From: Eledone cirrhosa
Lineage: Eukaryota
Direction of reading: 5' to 3'
NCBI GenBank assembly: GCA_964016885.1
Contig: OZ024743.1
Span: 49,538,001 to 49,602,000, forward strand
DNA: 64,000 bases
Positions 13,433-27,055 of the stretch are shown here, piece by piece (position 1 is the first letter of the stretch; every line of letters starts with the position of its first letter). The notes under the pieces are model-generated. The model did no database searches. It worked only from the letters and a program-made list of their open reading frames with translations, and was not told where the DNA came from. The position numbers and the translations under genes are program-made.

Positions 13433-15377
13433 ATCATCATCATCGTTTAACGTCCATGTTCCACGCTTGCATGGGTTTGGATGGGAGTTTTCCCACTTGA
13501 GGCAAGAGTGGTTGTCTTGCTCGCATAGGACTGTCTGGCGGGTTTTCTACAGCTGGATGCCCTTCCTAACACCAACCACATTTACAGTGTGTGACTGGGA
13601 GGTTTTTACCGTGTTGCCTACACGGCCACATTACAGCGTGGACTGTGTGTTTTTTTGTTGTGACACCTACACGATCTCATTTGTTTCGGCCTGGATGTTG
13701 TGGCACCAACATAACTTTACATTGAAAGGGGCGGTGCCTACTGACTGTAGTAGGTTTTACTTTGTATTTAGGTAAGGCGGGTCTTCTCTATTACTGATTG
13801 CCGCCAAAGATCTCGGTCCAGTGACATTGTCTTGGAGAGGTGTAAGTGTGTGAGGTCGGAGTTTATCCGGTCGTCCCAGGTTTTTCTGGGTCTGCCTACT
13901 CTGTGGCTACCGTCTATCTTTATTGCCCTGCACTTTTTTATACAGCTGTCGTCTTTCATGTGCATCACGTGACCATACCAACGTAGCCTTCTCTCAAGTA
14001 AACAACATCTGATCCCTCTTATTTCTAATTTTTACCTTAGTTCGTTAATGCTTTGCCGTTCGCGTATATTACTATTACACATCCAGCGGAGCATGCAAGC
14101 TTCGTTCCTCTCTAGTCTGCGTATATCCTCTGCACACAATGCCCAGGTCTCACTGCCATGCAACATTGCTGTTCGTATGCAGGCATCATACAGCCTGCCT
14201 TTCATTTTTAGGGAGAACCCTTTAGCGGCCAATAGTGGTATAAGCTCTCTGAACTTTTTCCATCCAGTTCTGACTCTAGCTACTGTACTTTCAGAGCACC
14301 GTCCCCCACTGCTGATTTTGTCACCCAGGTAACGGAAGCTGTCCACTATTTCTATAGAACCCTCTGCGCAATTGAAAGAGCTAGTATTTTGTGGGCACTT
14401 GCTGCTACTTATTGCACCAGAGAACCGGCCACATGTAAAATCTATGTTCTTAGTTAGCTTACCTATGATCCCACTACACCTTTTATGCACCCATACTTTG
14501 CATTTGGGACATAAAATGGAGTTTCTACCTACGCCTTTCCTACACACTGAGCATGGCCATTTCCCGGAAGGGACCGGCACCTTATTTTCTTTCCTACAAA
14601 CTAGAACTTTAGTCTTAGCCAGGTTAATTTTAAGGCCTTTTGATTCTAGGCCGTGCTTCCATGTTTGGAATTTCTTCTCTAGCTCGGCCATTGATTCAGC
14701 TATGAGTGTTAGATCATCTGCGTATAGGAGTTCCCATGGGCAGCCGGTCTTGAACTCCACTGTTATAGCCTGAAGGGCAATAATAAATAGTAGGGGGCTA
14801 AGAACAGAGCCCTGATGAACACCAACTTTTACGCTAAACTCTTCACTATATTCGTTGTTAATTCTAACCTTGCTGACTGTTTCTTTATACATGGCTTGTA
14901 TAGCTCTCACAAGCCATTCATCAACACCTAGTTTTCTAAGAGCCCACCAGATAATGGAACGGGGGACTCTGTCGAAGGCTTTCTCAAAGTCGACGAAAGC
15001 AAAGTATAGGGGTTTACTTTTAGCTAGGTACTTCTCCTGTATTTGTCGTACAATGAAAAGAGCGGCTGTGGTACTTTTGCCTGACACAAACCCGAACTGC
15101 ATTTCATCTAGATCGATTCTCTCTCTGATTAGTTGCGCTATTACTTTTTCCGTGAACTTCATAACCTGGTCGATTAATTTAATACCTCTATAGTTACTCC
15201 TATCTAGGGCATCTCCTTTACCCTTGTAGCAGTTAATGATGATGCTGCTATGCCAGTCCTTCGGAACAACCCCATTCTGTATGACTTGGTTTACTATCCG
15301 GGTGACCATGGTGTGTCCCACTGTTCCAGAGGCTTTCAGCATCTCAGCAACTATTTCCGAAGGCCCAGCCGCCTTAC
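13433..15377 (-). mobile_element. RTE-clade LINE family A, 5'-truncated, frameshifted near 14032
   Basis: RT motifs KAAGPS, NYRGIKL, QFGF, DFEKAFD, GVHQGSVLSPLLF, LYADD, FRYLG; 3' UTR ending in a (GAT)n tail. Confidence 0.95.
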
Positions 15378-16170
15378 ACTCATTAGCAAGACATACCCTT
15401 TTCAAAGACCCTCATGTATAGATAAGAAACGTATAACCTGTAAAATAAGCCCCCATATTAACTGTAAAACTAGAAATGTAGTGTATAGCATAAGATGTAC
15501 CGAAGGACAATGTAGAGACAAAATTATAGTGTACATAGGTGAGACAGCTCGTAGTGTAGGGGAACGGATAAATCAACACTGGCGAGACCTTCAAGATAGT
15601 AAAGAATCATCTGTACTCTACCAACATGCTAAAATAGAACACAAGGGTAAATTAGAGAACATAGAAATAAAAATAGAATCTACACACAGAAAAGATGCAA
15701 TGTTTAGACAAATTACAGAGGCAATAAACATAAAAGAATTACAACCAAAATTAAATAGAAAATATGAGTGGAACAGCAACATCACAACTTACAAGTAAGG
15801 ACAAAATGAAAACACACACACACATAGAACAAACAACCAACCAGTAACATGTAAATAAACAAATAAATAAATGAACATAAACACACACAGACACCCGGAT
15901 GTGGCGCATGCGCAGCCTGAGCACACAACACACACACAGAAACAAAATGGCGTAGGACAGAACAAAGGAGAGGCACAGAAACAAAGAAAGGAATCCCCAG
16001 TCACTGAAGAGGTCACAGAGCGTGTGACGAAAGAACTATGACAATATATAAACAACTATCTGGTTGTGGAACCAACCAACCAGAAATTTATAAATTTATT
16101 ATAATAAATTGAAGTGAAAGCAACTGGTGCGTGTGTTTCTTATTGGCAACATGACCCTCCCAAAGTATAA
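15378..16170 (+). mobile_element. Penelope-like element 3' fragment: GIY-YIG endonuclease (to 15798) plus pLTR with hammerhead
   Basis: NCKTRNVVYSIRC..C..VYIGETARS..ERI..H..H..EAINI..P.LN is a PLE GIY-YIG pattern; hammerhead motif at 16000-16042. Confidence 0.85.
16000..16042 (+). ncRNA. Minimal type I hammerhead ribozyme motif
   Basis: gtca-CTGAAGA-g-gtcac(agagcgt)gtgac-GAAA-gaac-TA-tgac; stems I and II pair. Confidence 0.75.
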
Positions 16171-16176
16171 CAATAT

Positions 16177-17305
16177 ATCATCATCATCATCATCATCATC
16201 ACCGTTTTACGTCCGTTCTTCCACGCTAGCATGGGTTAGACGGGTTGTCCTGTTGTGGGCAGTGTCTGGTCGGCTGACCATGCCTTGCTCATACAGGAAC
16301 TGATCTGGCTTGATTTCTACAGCTGGATGCCCTTCCTAACACCAACCTCATTTACAGTGAGTGCTGGGTGCTTTTTCGTGGCGCCTACACGTCCACTTTA
16401 CAGTGTGGGCTGGGTGCTTTTTTGCCGTGGCACCTCCACGACCACCTTGCGGTGGGGGGGGGGGGGCATATTGTTTATATGCTTCAGCATGTACCCATGG
16501 GAGGTCGGGTACCCTGTATTACTGCGTGACGCCAGAAGTCACGGTCGTGTGTCATTGACTTTGAGAGGTGTAGTTGGGTAAGGTCGGCTTTTATCACCTC
16601 ATCCCAAGTCATCTTGGGTCTCCCCACTCCGCGGTTTCCATCAACTTCTAGTGCTCTGCACCTTTTTATGCAGCTGTCATCCTTCATACGCATCACATGT
16701 CCATACCAGCGTAACCGCCTCTCCTGCACGCAGCATTTGATTCCTCTTATGCTCAGTCTCTCTCTCAATTCATTTATGCTTTGTCGTTCACGTATATTAC
16801 TGTTACACATCCATCGGAGCATGCAGGCTTCGTTTCTCTCTAATCTACGTAAGTCTTCCACCTTCAGCGCCCAGGTCTCACTACCATGCAACATCGCTGT
16901 TCGGATACACGCATCATACAGTCTGCCTTTCATTCTGAGGGAGAAGCCTTTTGCAGCTAGCAGTGGTAGTAGTTCCCTAAACTTCTTCCATCCCGTTCTT
17001 ACCCTAGTTATTGTACTTTCTGAGCACCCACCTCCGTTGCTAATTCGGTCACCTAGGTAGCAGAAGCTGTCTACTGTTTCTACAGGGCCCTCCCAGAGAT
17101 TGGTGGTACTTGTTTCCTGTGGCTGTTTGCTTGCTGTTTCAGCACAGCTGCTGCATGTGAATCCTACATTCTTAATTAAGCTTCCTGAGATCCCGCTACA
17201 TCTCTTGTGTACCCATTGTTTGCATTTGGGGCAAAGGATGGAGTTCCTACCTACACCTTTCCTACATACTGAGCAAGGCCATTTCCCTGAGGGGATCTGG
17301 GTTCT
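16177..17305 (-). mobile_element. RTE LINE family B, 5'-truncated
   Basis: ORF 16484-16933 ([34 protein letters not shown]), PHD-like region upstream, (GAT)n tail. Confidence 0.9.
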
Positions 17306-17322
17306 GTTATATATATATATAT

Positions 17323-18019
<697 letters not shown>

Positions 18020-18485
18020 GTTTTTATATATACACATATATATATTTATATATGTGTGTGTGTGTATGTATAAACATATATAAACAAAGTGATTTCCAGA
18101 GGTTGACGAAGGAGATGTAACTGTCCATCTTTCGGTTGTTTTTTTCATTGACTTATATATGTATGTATGTATGTATGTATATGTATGTATGTATGTATAT
18201 ATATGTGTGTGTGTATGCTAGTTGCCACAATACCATATTGACACTGTTTATAAAGCCTGTGTTGACAGTTGTTTCTGTTCCCCATACACAATATGTTTTG
18301 CAGTGTATCAGTTTAATAAGCACCACCATCATATAACGTATTTAAAATATGGTAGGAGTTGGCATCAGAAATGGCTTCTGGTTGTAGATGAGCATATATA
18401 AAAAGGGCCAAGTCCAACTCGTATTAGTATGGAAAAGCTGCTGTAAAATCATATACATACATTAACATATATTAATACACCCCCA

Positions 18486-18516
<31 letters not shown>

Positions 18517-18525
18517 GTGTGTATG

Positions 18526-18558
<33 letters not shown>

Positions 18559-18919
18559 TCTTCAAAGAGACAGTGTTCTTTGATATTGCCATGGTATTGC
18601 TGATATTTTCTTTTGATGTATCTTGCTTGAATATATTGGCATCTGCACGTCTGGAATTAGTCTTATCATATTTATAATGACCATATATCCAAGATGAATT
18701 AAAAATAAAATAAAATTTTTAGCCCACCCTCATGTAGGTTTGGCTGGCTCCCTATGAAATTGCATCTCATTGGAGGTTACCTGAGTGCTTTAATGATAAG
18801 GTCCATAAACCTTTCATGAAATTTAGTATTTTCTTTAAGTGCACAATGTGCCTCCTGATTAAGAATTTGAACCTACAAGTTTATGAGTCCAACACTAACC
18901 ACTAGGGCATGTACCTTTA

Positions 18920-19310
18920 CAAAGATATTTTAGCCCCATTATGACTTTATATTAAAGATATCTTAGCTATATAAAGGTATTATATCCAAGATATGTTAGC
19001 TACATGATGGATATATATTCAATATATTTTAGCCACATAATGGTCTTATATCCAAGATATATATGCTATATAATGACATTATATTTAACATACCTTTGCT
19101 TCATACTGGCCTTATATTGAAGGTATGATTAATACATAATGGCCTTATGTTCAAAATATTTTCACTATATAATGGCTTTATATCCAGGATATATTTGTTA
19201 TCCAGAGTATCTTGCCTAATATTGAAAATGTATTAGCTACATAAGTAATGTCCTTATATTGAAGATATGTTAGCTGTATAATGGATATATTTGTATAATG
19301 GATATATTTG
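18920..19310. repeat. Old degenerate ~35-bp tandem repeat (tatatccaagatatnttagctanataatgg)
   Basis: Recurring imperfect motif. Confidence 0.55.
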
Positions 19311-19555
19311 TAGTTCTACCAACAGACATGGATTCATTCTGAAGATATAGAGATGCTAGAATATCTTTGGCACTAACATACATCACATATTTATTGATCT
19401 TATCATTATTCATGGTTTCTGTCTATGTGTTGTCAACAAGATCATTGTGTATGCATACACCATCCTCCATATAGCAGGGAAAACAGCTGTTAAATGATGA
19501 TGATGATGATGATGATTGATGTATATAAATATATTTATTATGGCTAAATGGCAAG

Positions 19556-19606
19556 TCTTGTTACTCTGGAGTTTCACTTATGCACTAACAAGATCATCAG
19601 ACAAGA
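19556..19606 (-). ncRNA. Type I hammerhead ribozyme motif
   Basis: Minus strand: tcttgt-CTGATGA-t-cttgt(tagtgc)ataag-t-GAAA-ctc(ca)gag-TA-acaaga; all three stems pair. Confidence 0.8.
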
Positions 19607-19685
19607 TTTAAACTCTACTTCAGTATTGAGTACTCATTCTCACATATGTCAATAACTCACACACAGACACACATGTATGCATATA

Positions 19686-21802
19686 CAGTGGTACCTTGAC
19701 TTACGAGTTTAATTCATTCCGTGACAGACCTCGTAACTCAAATTACTCGTATGTCAAATCAATTTTCCCCATTGAAATGAAATAGCATTAATCCGTTCCA
19801 GCCCCCCCAAAAAAAAAACTGCAAATTTTTTGGGTTACATGTTTTTAAATAAGAAAAATGTACTTATATATAACGAATATTGTATAAAAAACAATACAAT
19901 AGAATGTATTACAATAAACTGGTTTTATTAAGTATAATGTACAGCATTTACCTTGGAGATCAGACGGCTTGAGGATGCTGACAGAGGTGGAGGAGAAAGG
20001 CTGAACTGAATAACTGAATCTTATTCGCTGATTTTTGCCCCTTTCGCCACACTTTCCTCACTTTTATCTGCAGGAGTTTTCAATAAAAACCTGTCCAATG
20101 AGGTTTCATACTCCCCTTCAGAATGTTTCTGAAATGAGTGAGACAAGTGTCAGTTGCAACTTTTTCTGTGTGTTTCTTTTGAACAAAGTCTGAAAGTTTC
20201 TCCCACATTCCCAATATTTCCTTTATCTCACTTGTAGAGATAACCTCCTCCATGTCACCTACTTCCTGCAAAACCTCCGTGTGCTGCTGCGTCTGTAGCT
20301 CCTTTAGTTCCTCCGTTGTCAGTTCTTTGGAGTGCTCCTTGAGGAGCTCGTTGATGTCACCTTCATCCATGTCCAGGCCTATGGACTTGCCAAGGGATAC
20401 AATCTCCTCCACCACTGTCACTTCGGGTTCGAGTCTTTCAAAGTCTGTTTTAGACACAACCTCAGACCACAGCTTCTTCCACGCAGGGGTGAAGGCCCTC
20501 TTTGTAACACCCTGCCAGGCCATATCGATAATTCTGAGGCATGTCACGATGTTATAGTGGTGCTTCCAGAACTCTCTAAGAGTGAGGTTTGTGCTCTCTG
20601 TCACCTCAATTAGAAAGCGCCTGCTGGTCTGTGGGTGCAGGTTAGGGGTAGTATTGGGTGGAAAGTAGAGAATCTTTATAAACTTGAACTTTTCAAGGAT
20701 GTCATATTTTAGGTTAGGTGGGTCACATTGTCCAGGACGAGAAGGGCTTGCAGGGGTAGGTTATTTTCCTGGAGATATTTTTTGTCAGGACCAAAGACCA
20801 AATTCATCCATTCCACTGAGAACTGCCTGGTGACCCACAACCTCGGGTTTTCCCTCCACATAATCTGGAATTTTTCTTTCAGAATCTTATGTGAGGTTTT
20901 CTGAATGATAAATAAGCATCGGCTTAATCTTGCAGTCACTGCTTGCATTGACGTAGAGTGTGAGGGTTAGCTTATACTTCATGGGTCTATGGCTTGGCAT
21001 CCTCTTCTCCTCTGCCATTGTATAAGTCCTCCTTGGCATCTTCTTCCGAAAAAGTCTTGTCTTGTCACAGTTGAAGACTTGCTGGGGGATGTATTCTTCA
21101 GCTGCTATAATTCCGGCAAAAGTTTTGAGGTAATCCTCAGCTGCCTTCATATCCGCGCCCGCTGCCTCACCATGCCTAACAACGGAGTGAATGCCGGTCC
21201 TCTTTTGAAAATTCTCAAACCAGCCCCGACTGGGTTTAAATGGCTTGCCCGATGCCTCATCTGTCGAAGTGCCTGGGTTCTGCTGCAGCAAATCACCATA
21301 AATAGCTTGTGCCTTCTCACAGATTATAGCCTCCGTCATGGTATCTCCTGCGAGCTGCTACTCCGTCAACCTTACCATCAGCAGCTTTTCCATATTTTCA
21401 TGGATAGATGTCTGCTGTTTAGAAATTATTTTAATGCCCTTAGCTGGGGTTATAGCCTTTATCGACTCCTGCTTCAGTATGGTGCAGATCGTAAAAGTGC
21501 TACGCTTGTACTGCTTTGCCAAGTTGACTACAGCACACCTTGGTCATGTTTTTCGATAATTTCTTTCGATAATTTAATGCACATCATCCGTTTCTTCTTC
21601 TCAGCCCTGTCCTTTGCGTTCACTTTCGGCGGATGTTACGGTGTTCACTGTGGCGTTCACTATCCCAACTAGCGGTGGGGTATCTGAAGCTGGCTTGTAA
21701 CCCAAATTTTAGCTCGCAACTCAAAGCAAAAAATTGGCCGAGAGATGGCTCGTATCTTGAAAAACTCGTTAGTTAGGACACTCGTAAATCAAGGTACCAC
21801 TG
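19686..21802 (-). mobile_element. pogo/Tigger-type DNA transposon, full length with decayed transposase
   Basis: 23-bp TIRs cagtggtaccttga(c/t)ttacgagt, TA on both sides; ORF pieces with CENP-B HTH (FKPSRGWFENF..R..I..HGEAA), VFNCD.T and LLVLDN DDE motifs; frameshifts. Confidence 0.93.
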
Positions 21803-21816
21803 TATATATATGTTTG

Positions 21817-21848
<32 letters not shown>

Positions 21849-22077
21849 TGTATGTATGTATGTGTATGTATGTGCATGTATGTATGTCTGTCTATGTATG
21901 TATGTGTGTGCATGTATGTGTGTATGTATGTCTGTCTATGTATGTATGTATGTATGTATGTATGTGTATGTAGGTATGTATGTATGTGTGTATGTGTATG
22001 CATATATGTATGTATGTATATATGTATGTATATGTATGTATGTATGTATATGTATGTATGTATGTATGTAAGTTTAC

Positions 22078-22510
22078 TTGGTGAGGAGGGTGATTTTGGA
22101 CACCCTGCAGGACAAAAAACAAAACCTGACAAAGGGCGGAAGAACTCATAAGAGTCAACGGCCATTCAAAAATGTGTAAATATGTATATACACATGTACC
22201 GCGTGGTTAAACCACTGGGAGTGAATGACCCCTTGCCTTTGTCAGGGCATTCTTCTAGGAGAAGGCAACTCAGGAAACTGGGATAACTCCGACATATAAC
22301 CTGCGGCTCAGTAGTTACCGATGATGTTGATCTTTTCTTCTTTTCAGGTTATAGCTACTGTCACTCAGAGAGTGGGATTGGCTCAGTGCACAGTCTTTCC
22401 TCACTTTATATCTTCACACACAGACATTGCACGATAGAATTAATTAATAATTATTAATAATGGTATATCGTGCAATGGCCATACTCGATAACGAAGGGGC
22501 AGCCATCATA
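22078..22510 (+). mobile_element. Non-autonomous RTE-derived element, diverged copy
   Basis: Homologous to 23505-23790 (ggtgaggagggtga..ctaggagaagg..agagtggga.tggct); tail ggccatactcgataacgaaggggcagcc. Confidence 0.6.
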
Positions 22511-22530
22511 TGTATGTATATGTATGTATG

Positions 22531-22564
<34 letters not shown>

Positions 22565-22637
22565 TGTATGCATGTATGTGTGTATGTATGTATATATGTA
22601 TGAGTGTGTGTATGTATGTATGTATGTATGTACATAT

Positions 22638-23040
22638 GAGAGATGACCCCTTAGCCTTTGTCAAGGCAGAATTCTAGGAGAAGGAAAACTCTGATATACA
22701 CCTGCAACCCTGATGCTATCCAATGATGTTGAGTTGTTCTTCTTTTTGGTAAATATCATCTTGGTTAAAAGAGTGGGACTGGCTTTGTGCAGTGCCTTTG
22801 CTCACTATAAAAGCTTCACGGCACAGGCATTGCTGGAGATCTCTCTGCACTTGTCGTCACATGGTACCATGGGCCCAGCACTATGTGTCAGTGATTGTCA
22901 CAAGTGTAGTGTTTGTACCAGAGTTTTCAAGTCGCTGGCTGGACTAAAAAGTCACACTCATTCAGCGCATCGGTAGGGGTTCTCCTACATGGATATAAAG
23001 TAGTGGCCGTACTCGAAAACGAGTTGGCAGCCACCACCAT
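22638..23040 (+). mobile_element. Non-autonomous RTE-derived element, 5'-truncated copy
   Basis: Near-identical to 23606-24016; ends with C2H2 remnant [22 protein letters not shown] and gccaccaccat. Confidence 0.7.
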
Positions 23041-23263
23041 GTATGTATATATGTGTGTATGTATATATACATACATATATATATACATATATATATATAT
23101 ATAAGTGTATATATGTATATATATAAGTATATATATGTATATGTGTATATGTATATATATATGTGTGTGTATATGTATATATATATGTGTGTATATGTAT
23201 ATATATATGTGTGTATATATGTATATATGTATATGTATATATGTATATGTATATATGTATATG

Positions 23264-23294
<31 letters not shown>

Positions 23295-23314
23295 GTATAT
23301 ATGTATATGTATAT

Positions 23315-23345
<31 letters not shown>

Positions 23346-23404
23346 TATATGTATGTATATATGTATATGTATATATGTATGTATGTATATATGTATATAT
23401 ATAT

Positions 23405-24017
23405 GTCAGGTCACCAGTTGGTGCTACTAGTAACATGTATCCCAGTACAACCTGTCCCATGGTCGGGTCGTTGGCGACTAAACTGGCAACCCCACCAAGG
23501 TTTCTTGGTGAGGAGGGTGACTTTGGACATCCTGCAGGACTAAAAACAAAACCTGTCAAAGGGCAAAGGAGCTCTTAAGAGTCAATGGCCATCCCAAATC
23601 ACTGGGAGAGATGACCCCTTAGCCTTTCTCAAGGCAGAATTCTAGGAGAAGGAAAACTCTGATATAACACCTGCAACCCTGATGGTATCCAATGATGTTG
23701 ACTTGTTCTTCTTTTTGGTAAATATCATCTTGGTTAAGAGAGTGGGACTGGCTTTGTGCAGTGCCTTTGCTCACTATAAAAGCTTCACGGCACAGGCATT
23801 GCTTTATATCTGGAGATCTCTCTGCACTTGTCGTCACATGGTACCATGGGCCCAGCACTATGTGTCAATAATTGTCACAAGTGTAGTGTTTGTACCAGAG
23901 TTTTCAAGTCGCTGGCTGGACTAAAAAGTCACACTCATTCAGCGCATCGGTAGGGGTTCTCCTACATGGATATAAAGTAGTGGCCGTACTCGAAAACGAG
24001 TTGGCAGCCACCACCAT
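23405..24017 (+). mobile_element. Non-autonomous bipartite RTE (BovB-like) element, longest copy
   Basis: RTE-5'-like ctaggagaaggaaaactctga joined to a 3' end encoding a C2H2 finger; no RT in between; flanked by (ATGT)n. Confidence 0.65.
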
Positions 24018-24519
24018 GTATATATGTATGTATGTATGTATATATGTATGTATGTCTATATGTAAGTATATATGTATGTATGTATGTATGTATATATGTA
24101 TGTATGTATGTGTGTGCATGCACTCACCCACTCACTGATAGATGTACACAATGGGATTTATGATCTGGTTTACATAAGCATGTGTGTGTGTTCAGTTATG
24201 TAGCCACACATGTATATAGAGGAAGATGAGCAAACAAGCATCTGGTTACAGAGCTGAAACCTCCCATAAACCTCTGACAAACATCCCAACACAATTATTT
24301 ACTATTACTTGATATCATTGTTCTGTGATCAATTGTTGTGGTAAATGGTTTACATTGCAGACCAGACATTGTTGTTAGACTAGACGTTGCTGCTGTATTG
24401 AACATATTGAACACTGGCAGCAGGTTTCAATCAGTAATGACATACCACCACCAGTACTACCGCTACATCTATCACCACCATCATAACCACTACCAAGCAC
24501 CAGTAGTGGGTATTGGAGT

Positions 24520-24857
24520 GGTTGTAGTATAGGTAGTGGTGGTGGTGGTAGTTGTAGTAGTAGTGGTGGTGGTGGTGGTGGTAGTAGTAGTATAGGTAGT
24601 AGTAGTATTATAGGTAGTAGTAGTAGTAGTAGTAGTATAGGTAGTAGTAGTTATGGTGGTGGTGGTGGTGGTGGTAGTAGTAGTAGTGGTAGTTATGGTG
24701 GTAGTAGTCGTGGTAGTAGTGGTAGTAGTATAGGTAGTTATGGTGGTGGTGGTAGTAGTAGTATAGGTAGTTATGGTGGTGGTAGTGGTAGTAGTGGTAG
24801 TTATGGTGGTGGTGGTGGTAGTAGTAGTAGTGGTAGTTATGGTGGTGGTAGTTATGG
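24520..24857. repeat. (GTA)n/(GTG)n compound microsatellite
   Basis: Seen directly. Confidence 0.9.
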
Positions 24858-25012
24858 TATCATTACCATTTGTAGTTCGTTTCTATGGCAGTTGGGCCTT
24901 TTTAATCCTTTCAATTAGAACAAATCTTTTGTTAGGTGACGTGTGTGTATATATATATATGTAACTGGTGTGTATGTGTGTGTTTATATATATGTAATGT
25001 GTGTGTGGGTAT

Positions 25013-25056
<44 letters not shown>

Positions 25057-25100
25057 TGCAGTATATGTATGTGTGTATATATATACATATATATATATAT

Positions 25101-25292
25101 AACGAGGGAGTTGTGGTAAGGAACCAGATGGACCATAACGCACCAGAGTACTCAATACTTAGGGTAGTAGAGTGGGTAATAGGAAAAAGTATGACCCCCG
25201 ACGACAGAGCTCAAGCCGTTTCGACGATTTCTGTAGTCCAGAAATAGCCGTCAAAATGGCTTGAGCTCTGCCGTCGGCGTCATACATTTTCC
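25101..25292 (-). mobile_element. Fold-back half-hammerhead element, copy 2 (diverged)
   Basis: Reverse-complement homologue of 17323-17516 with imperfect arms. Confidence 0.75.
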
Positions 25293-25302
25293 TATATATA
25301 TA

Positions 25303-25590
25303 TACAGAAGACCCGACTTCCCACGCGAACAAGCCGAAGCTGAAGCATATAGACAATATGCACTCATCCCCTCTGACTGTAAAGTGGTCGTGGAGGTGCC
25401 ACGACAAAAAAGCACCCAGCACTCACTGTAAATGAGGTTGGTGTTAGGAAGGGCATCCAGCTGTAGAAATCAAGCCAGAATCAGTTCCCACATGAGCAAG
25501 ACAAGGTCACCCAACCTAACATTGTTCACAACAGGACAACCCATCTAACCCATGCTAGCGTGGAAGTATGGATGTAAAATGATGATGATG
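25303..25590 (+). mobile_element. RTE LINE 3' UTR fragment (family B-like)
   Basis: Reverse complement of ~16190-16510; (GAT)n tail. Confidence 0.8.
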
Positions 25591-25619
25591 ATATATATAT
25601 ATACATATAATTGGTGTTG

Positions 25620-25775
25620 GATGCTTAAAGCGTCCGTATGCGGTAGGCCGTATGAGGATTCGATGCCCTCATAGAGCAGAGTATATCACAGAAAAAAGAG
25701 AATCAGTGTTGCGACCAAAGGAATATGTCAAATAAATTCCTTTCGTCGCAACACTGATTCTCTTTTTTCTGTGAT
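25620..25775 (-). mobile_element. Fold-back element (~40-bp arms, 25685-25775) with one-sided tail
   Basis: atcacagaaaaaagagaatcagtgttgcgac..ggaat and its inverse; the minus-strand tail starts atactctgct, as at 38823. Confidence 0.55.
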
Positions 25776-26426
25776 CATCATCATCATCATCATCAACGTT
25801 TAACGTCCGTGTTCCACGCTTGCATGGGTTTGGACGGGGGTAGTCCCACTTGAGGCAAGAGTGATTGTCTTGCTCGCATAGGACTGTCTGGCAGGTTTTC
25901 TACAGTTGGATGCCCTTCCTAACACCAACCACATTTACAGTGTGGGTCTGGGAGGTTTTTACCGTGTTGCCTACACGGCCACATTACAGCGTGGACTGTG
26001 TGTTTTTTTGTCGTGACACCTACACGATCTCATTTGTTTCGGCTTCGATGGCGCGGCACCAACATAACTTTACATAGAACGGGGTGGTGTGGATGGGGTG
26101 GGGCTGGTGGTGGTGGGACGGGGTGTATTTTGTTAGAGATGCCTACTGGCTGGAGTAGGTTTTACTATGTATTTAGGTAAGGCGGGTCTTCTCTGTTACT
26201 GAGTACCGCCAAAGGTCTCGGTTCAGTGACATTGTCTTGGAGAGGTGTAAGTGTGTGATGTCGGAGTTTATCAGCTCGTCCCAGGTTTTTCTAGGTCTGC
26301 CTATTCCGTGACTACCGTCTATCTTTATTGCCCTGCACTTTATTATACAGCTATCGACTTTCATGCGCATCACGTGTCCATACCAACGTAGCCTTCTCTC
26401 GAGTAAACAACATCTGATCCCTCTTA

Positions 26427-26427
<1 letters not shown>
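25774..26427 (-). mobile_element. RTE LINE family A 3' fragment
   Basis: Nearly identical to 32691-33335; ORF 26173-26373. Confidence 0.92.
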
Positions 26428-26480
<53 letters not shown>

Positions 26481-26497
26481 TGCAGTATATGTATGTG

Positions 26498-26548
26498 TGT
26501 GCCCCAGCATGGCCTCAGCCGGATGGCTGGAACAGGTAAAAAAGTAAA

Positions 26549-26550
<2 letters not shown>
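26498..26550 (+). mobile_element. Probable SINE 3' tail remnant
   Basis: gtgccccagcatggcc.cagc..tggctggaac..A-rich tail; a related inverted remnant lies at ~26665-26695. Confidence 0.4.
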
Positions 26551-26594
<44 letters not shown>

Positions 26595-26753
26595 CAGTAT
26601 ATGTATATGTGTGTGTGTGTATTGCAGTATATGTATGTGTATTTATATATATATATATAACTTTGATAGGTTTCAGCCAGTGTTGGCCCAGGCCATGTCT
26701 AACTTACTGCAGTATATGTGTGTGTGGATATATATATATACTGCAGTATATGT

Positions 26754-26785
<32 letters not shown>

Positions 26786-26804
26786 CACTGCAGAAGACCT
26801 GCAG

Positions 26805-27055
26805 AGGCTAGAAAGAAATGAGTCAAGTATGCTCTAATGGATGTTTAATGTTAGTGTGCAGGAGCAACATAGTATAAACAAACTGAAAGAAAAACTTGGC
26901 ACAAGAGGAATTGGGTGTAGGGTACAAGAGAGAAGACTGCATTGATATGAACATGTGATGTGCATGGAAGATAACAGCTGCATAAAGAAATGCAGAGAAA
27001 CCCCAGTGGCTCTGACCCAGGAAGACATGGGATAACGTTGTGAAGACTGACCTTA
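26805..27055 (+). mobile_element. Degenerate RTE 3' ORF fragment
   Basis: Nucleotide similarity to the [30 protein letters not shown] region of the other copies, with stops. Confidence 0.75.

Noticed and set aside
15250-15405. RT plus GIY-YIG fusion gene
   Set aside because: The two domains are on opposite strands; the ORF overlap is read-through across the junction of two insertions at ~15377.
14048-15421. Plus-strand ORFs overlapping the RTE (also at 29786, 33271, 43889, 46405)
   Set aside because: Antisense shadows of the RT ORF, repeated only because the element is repeated.
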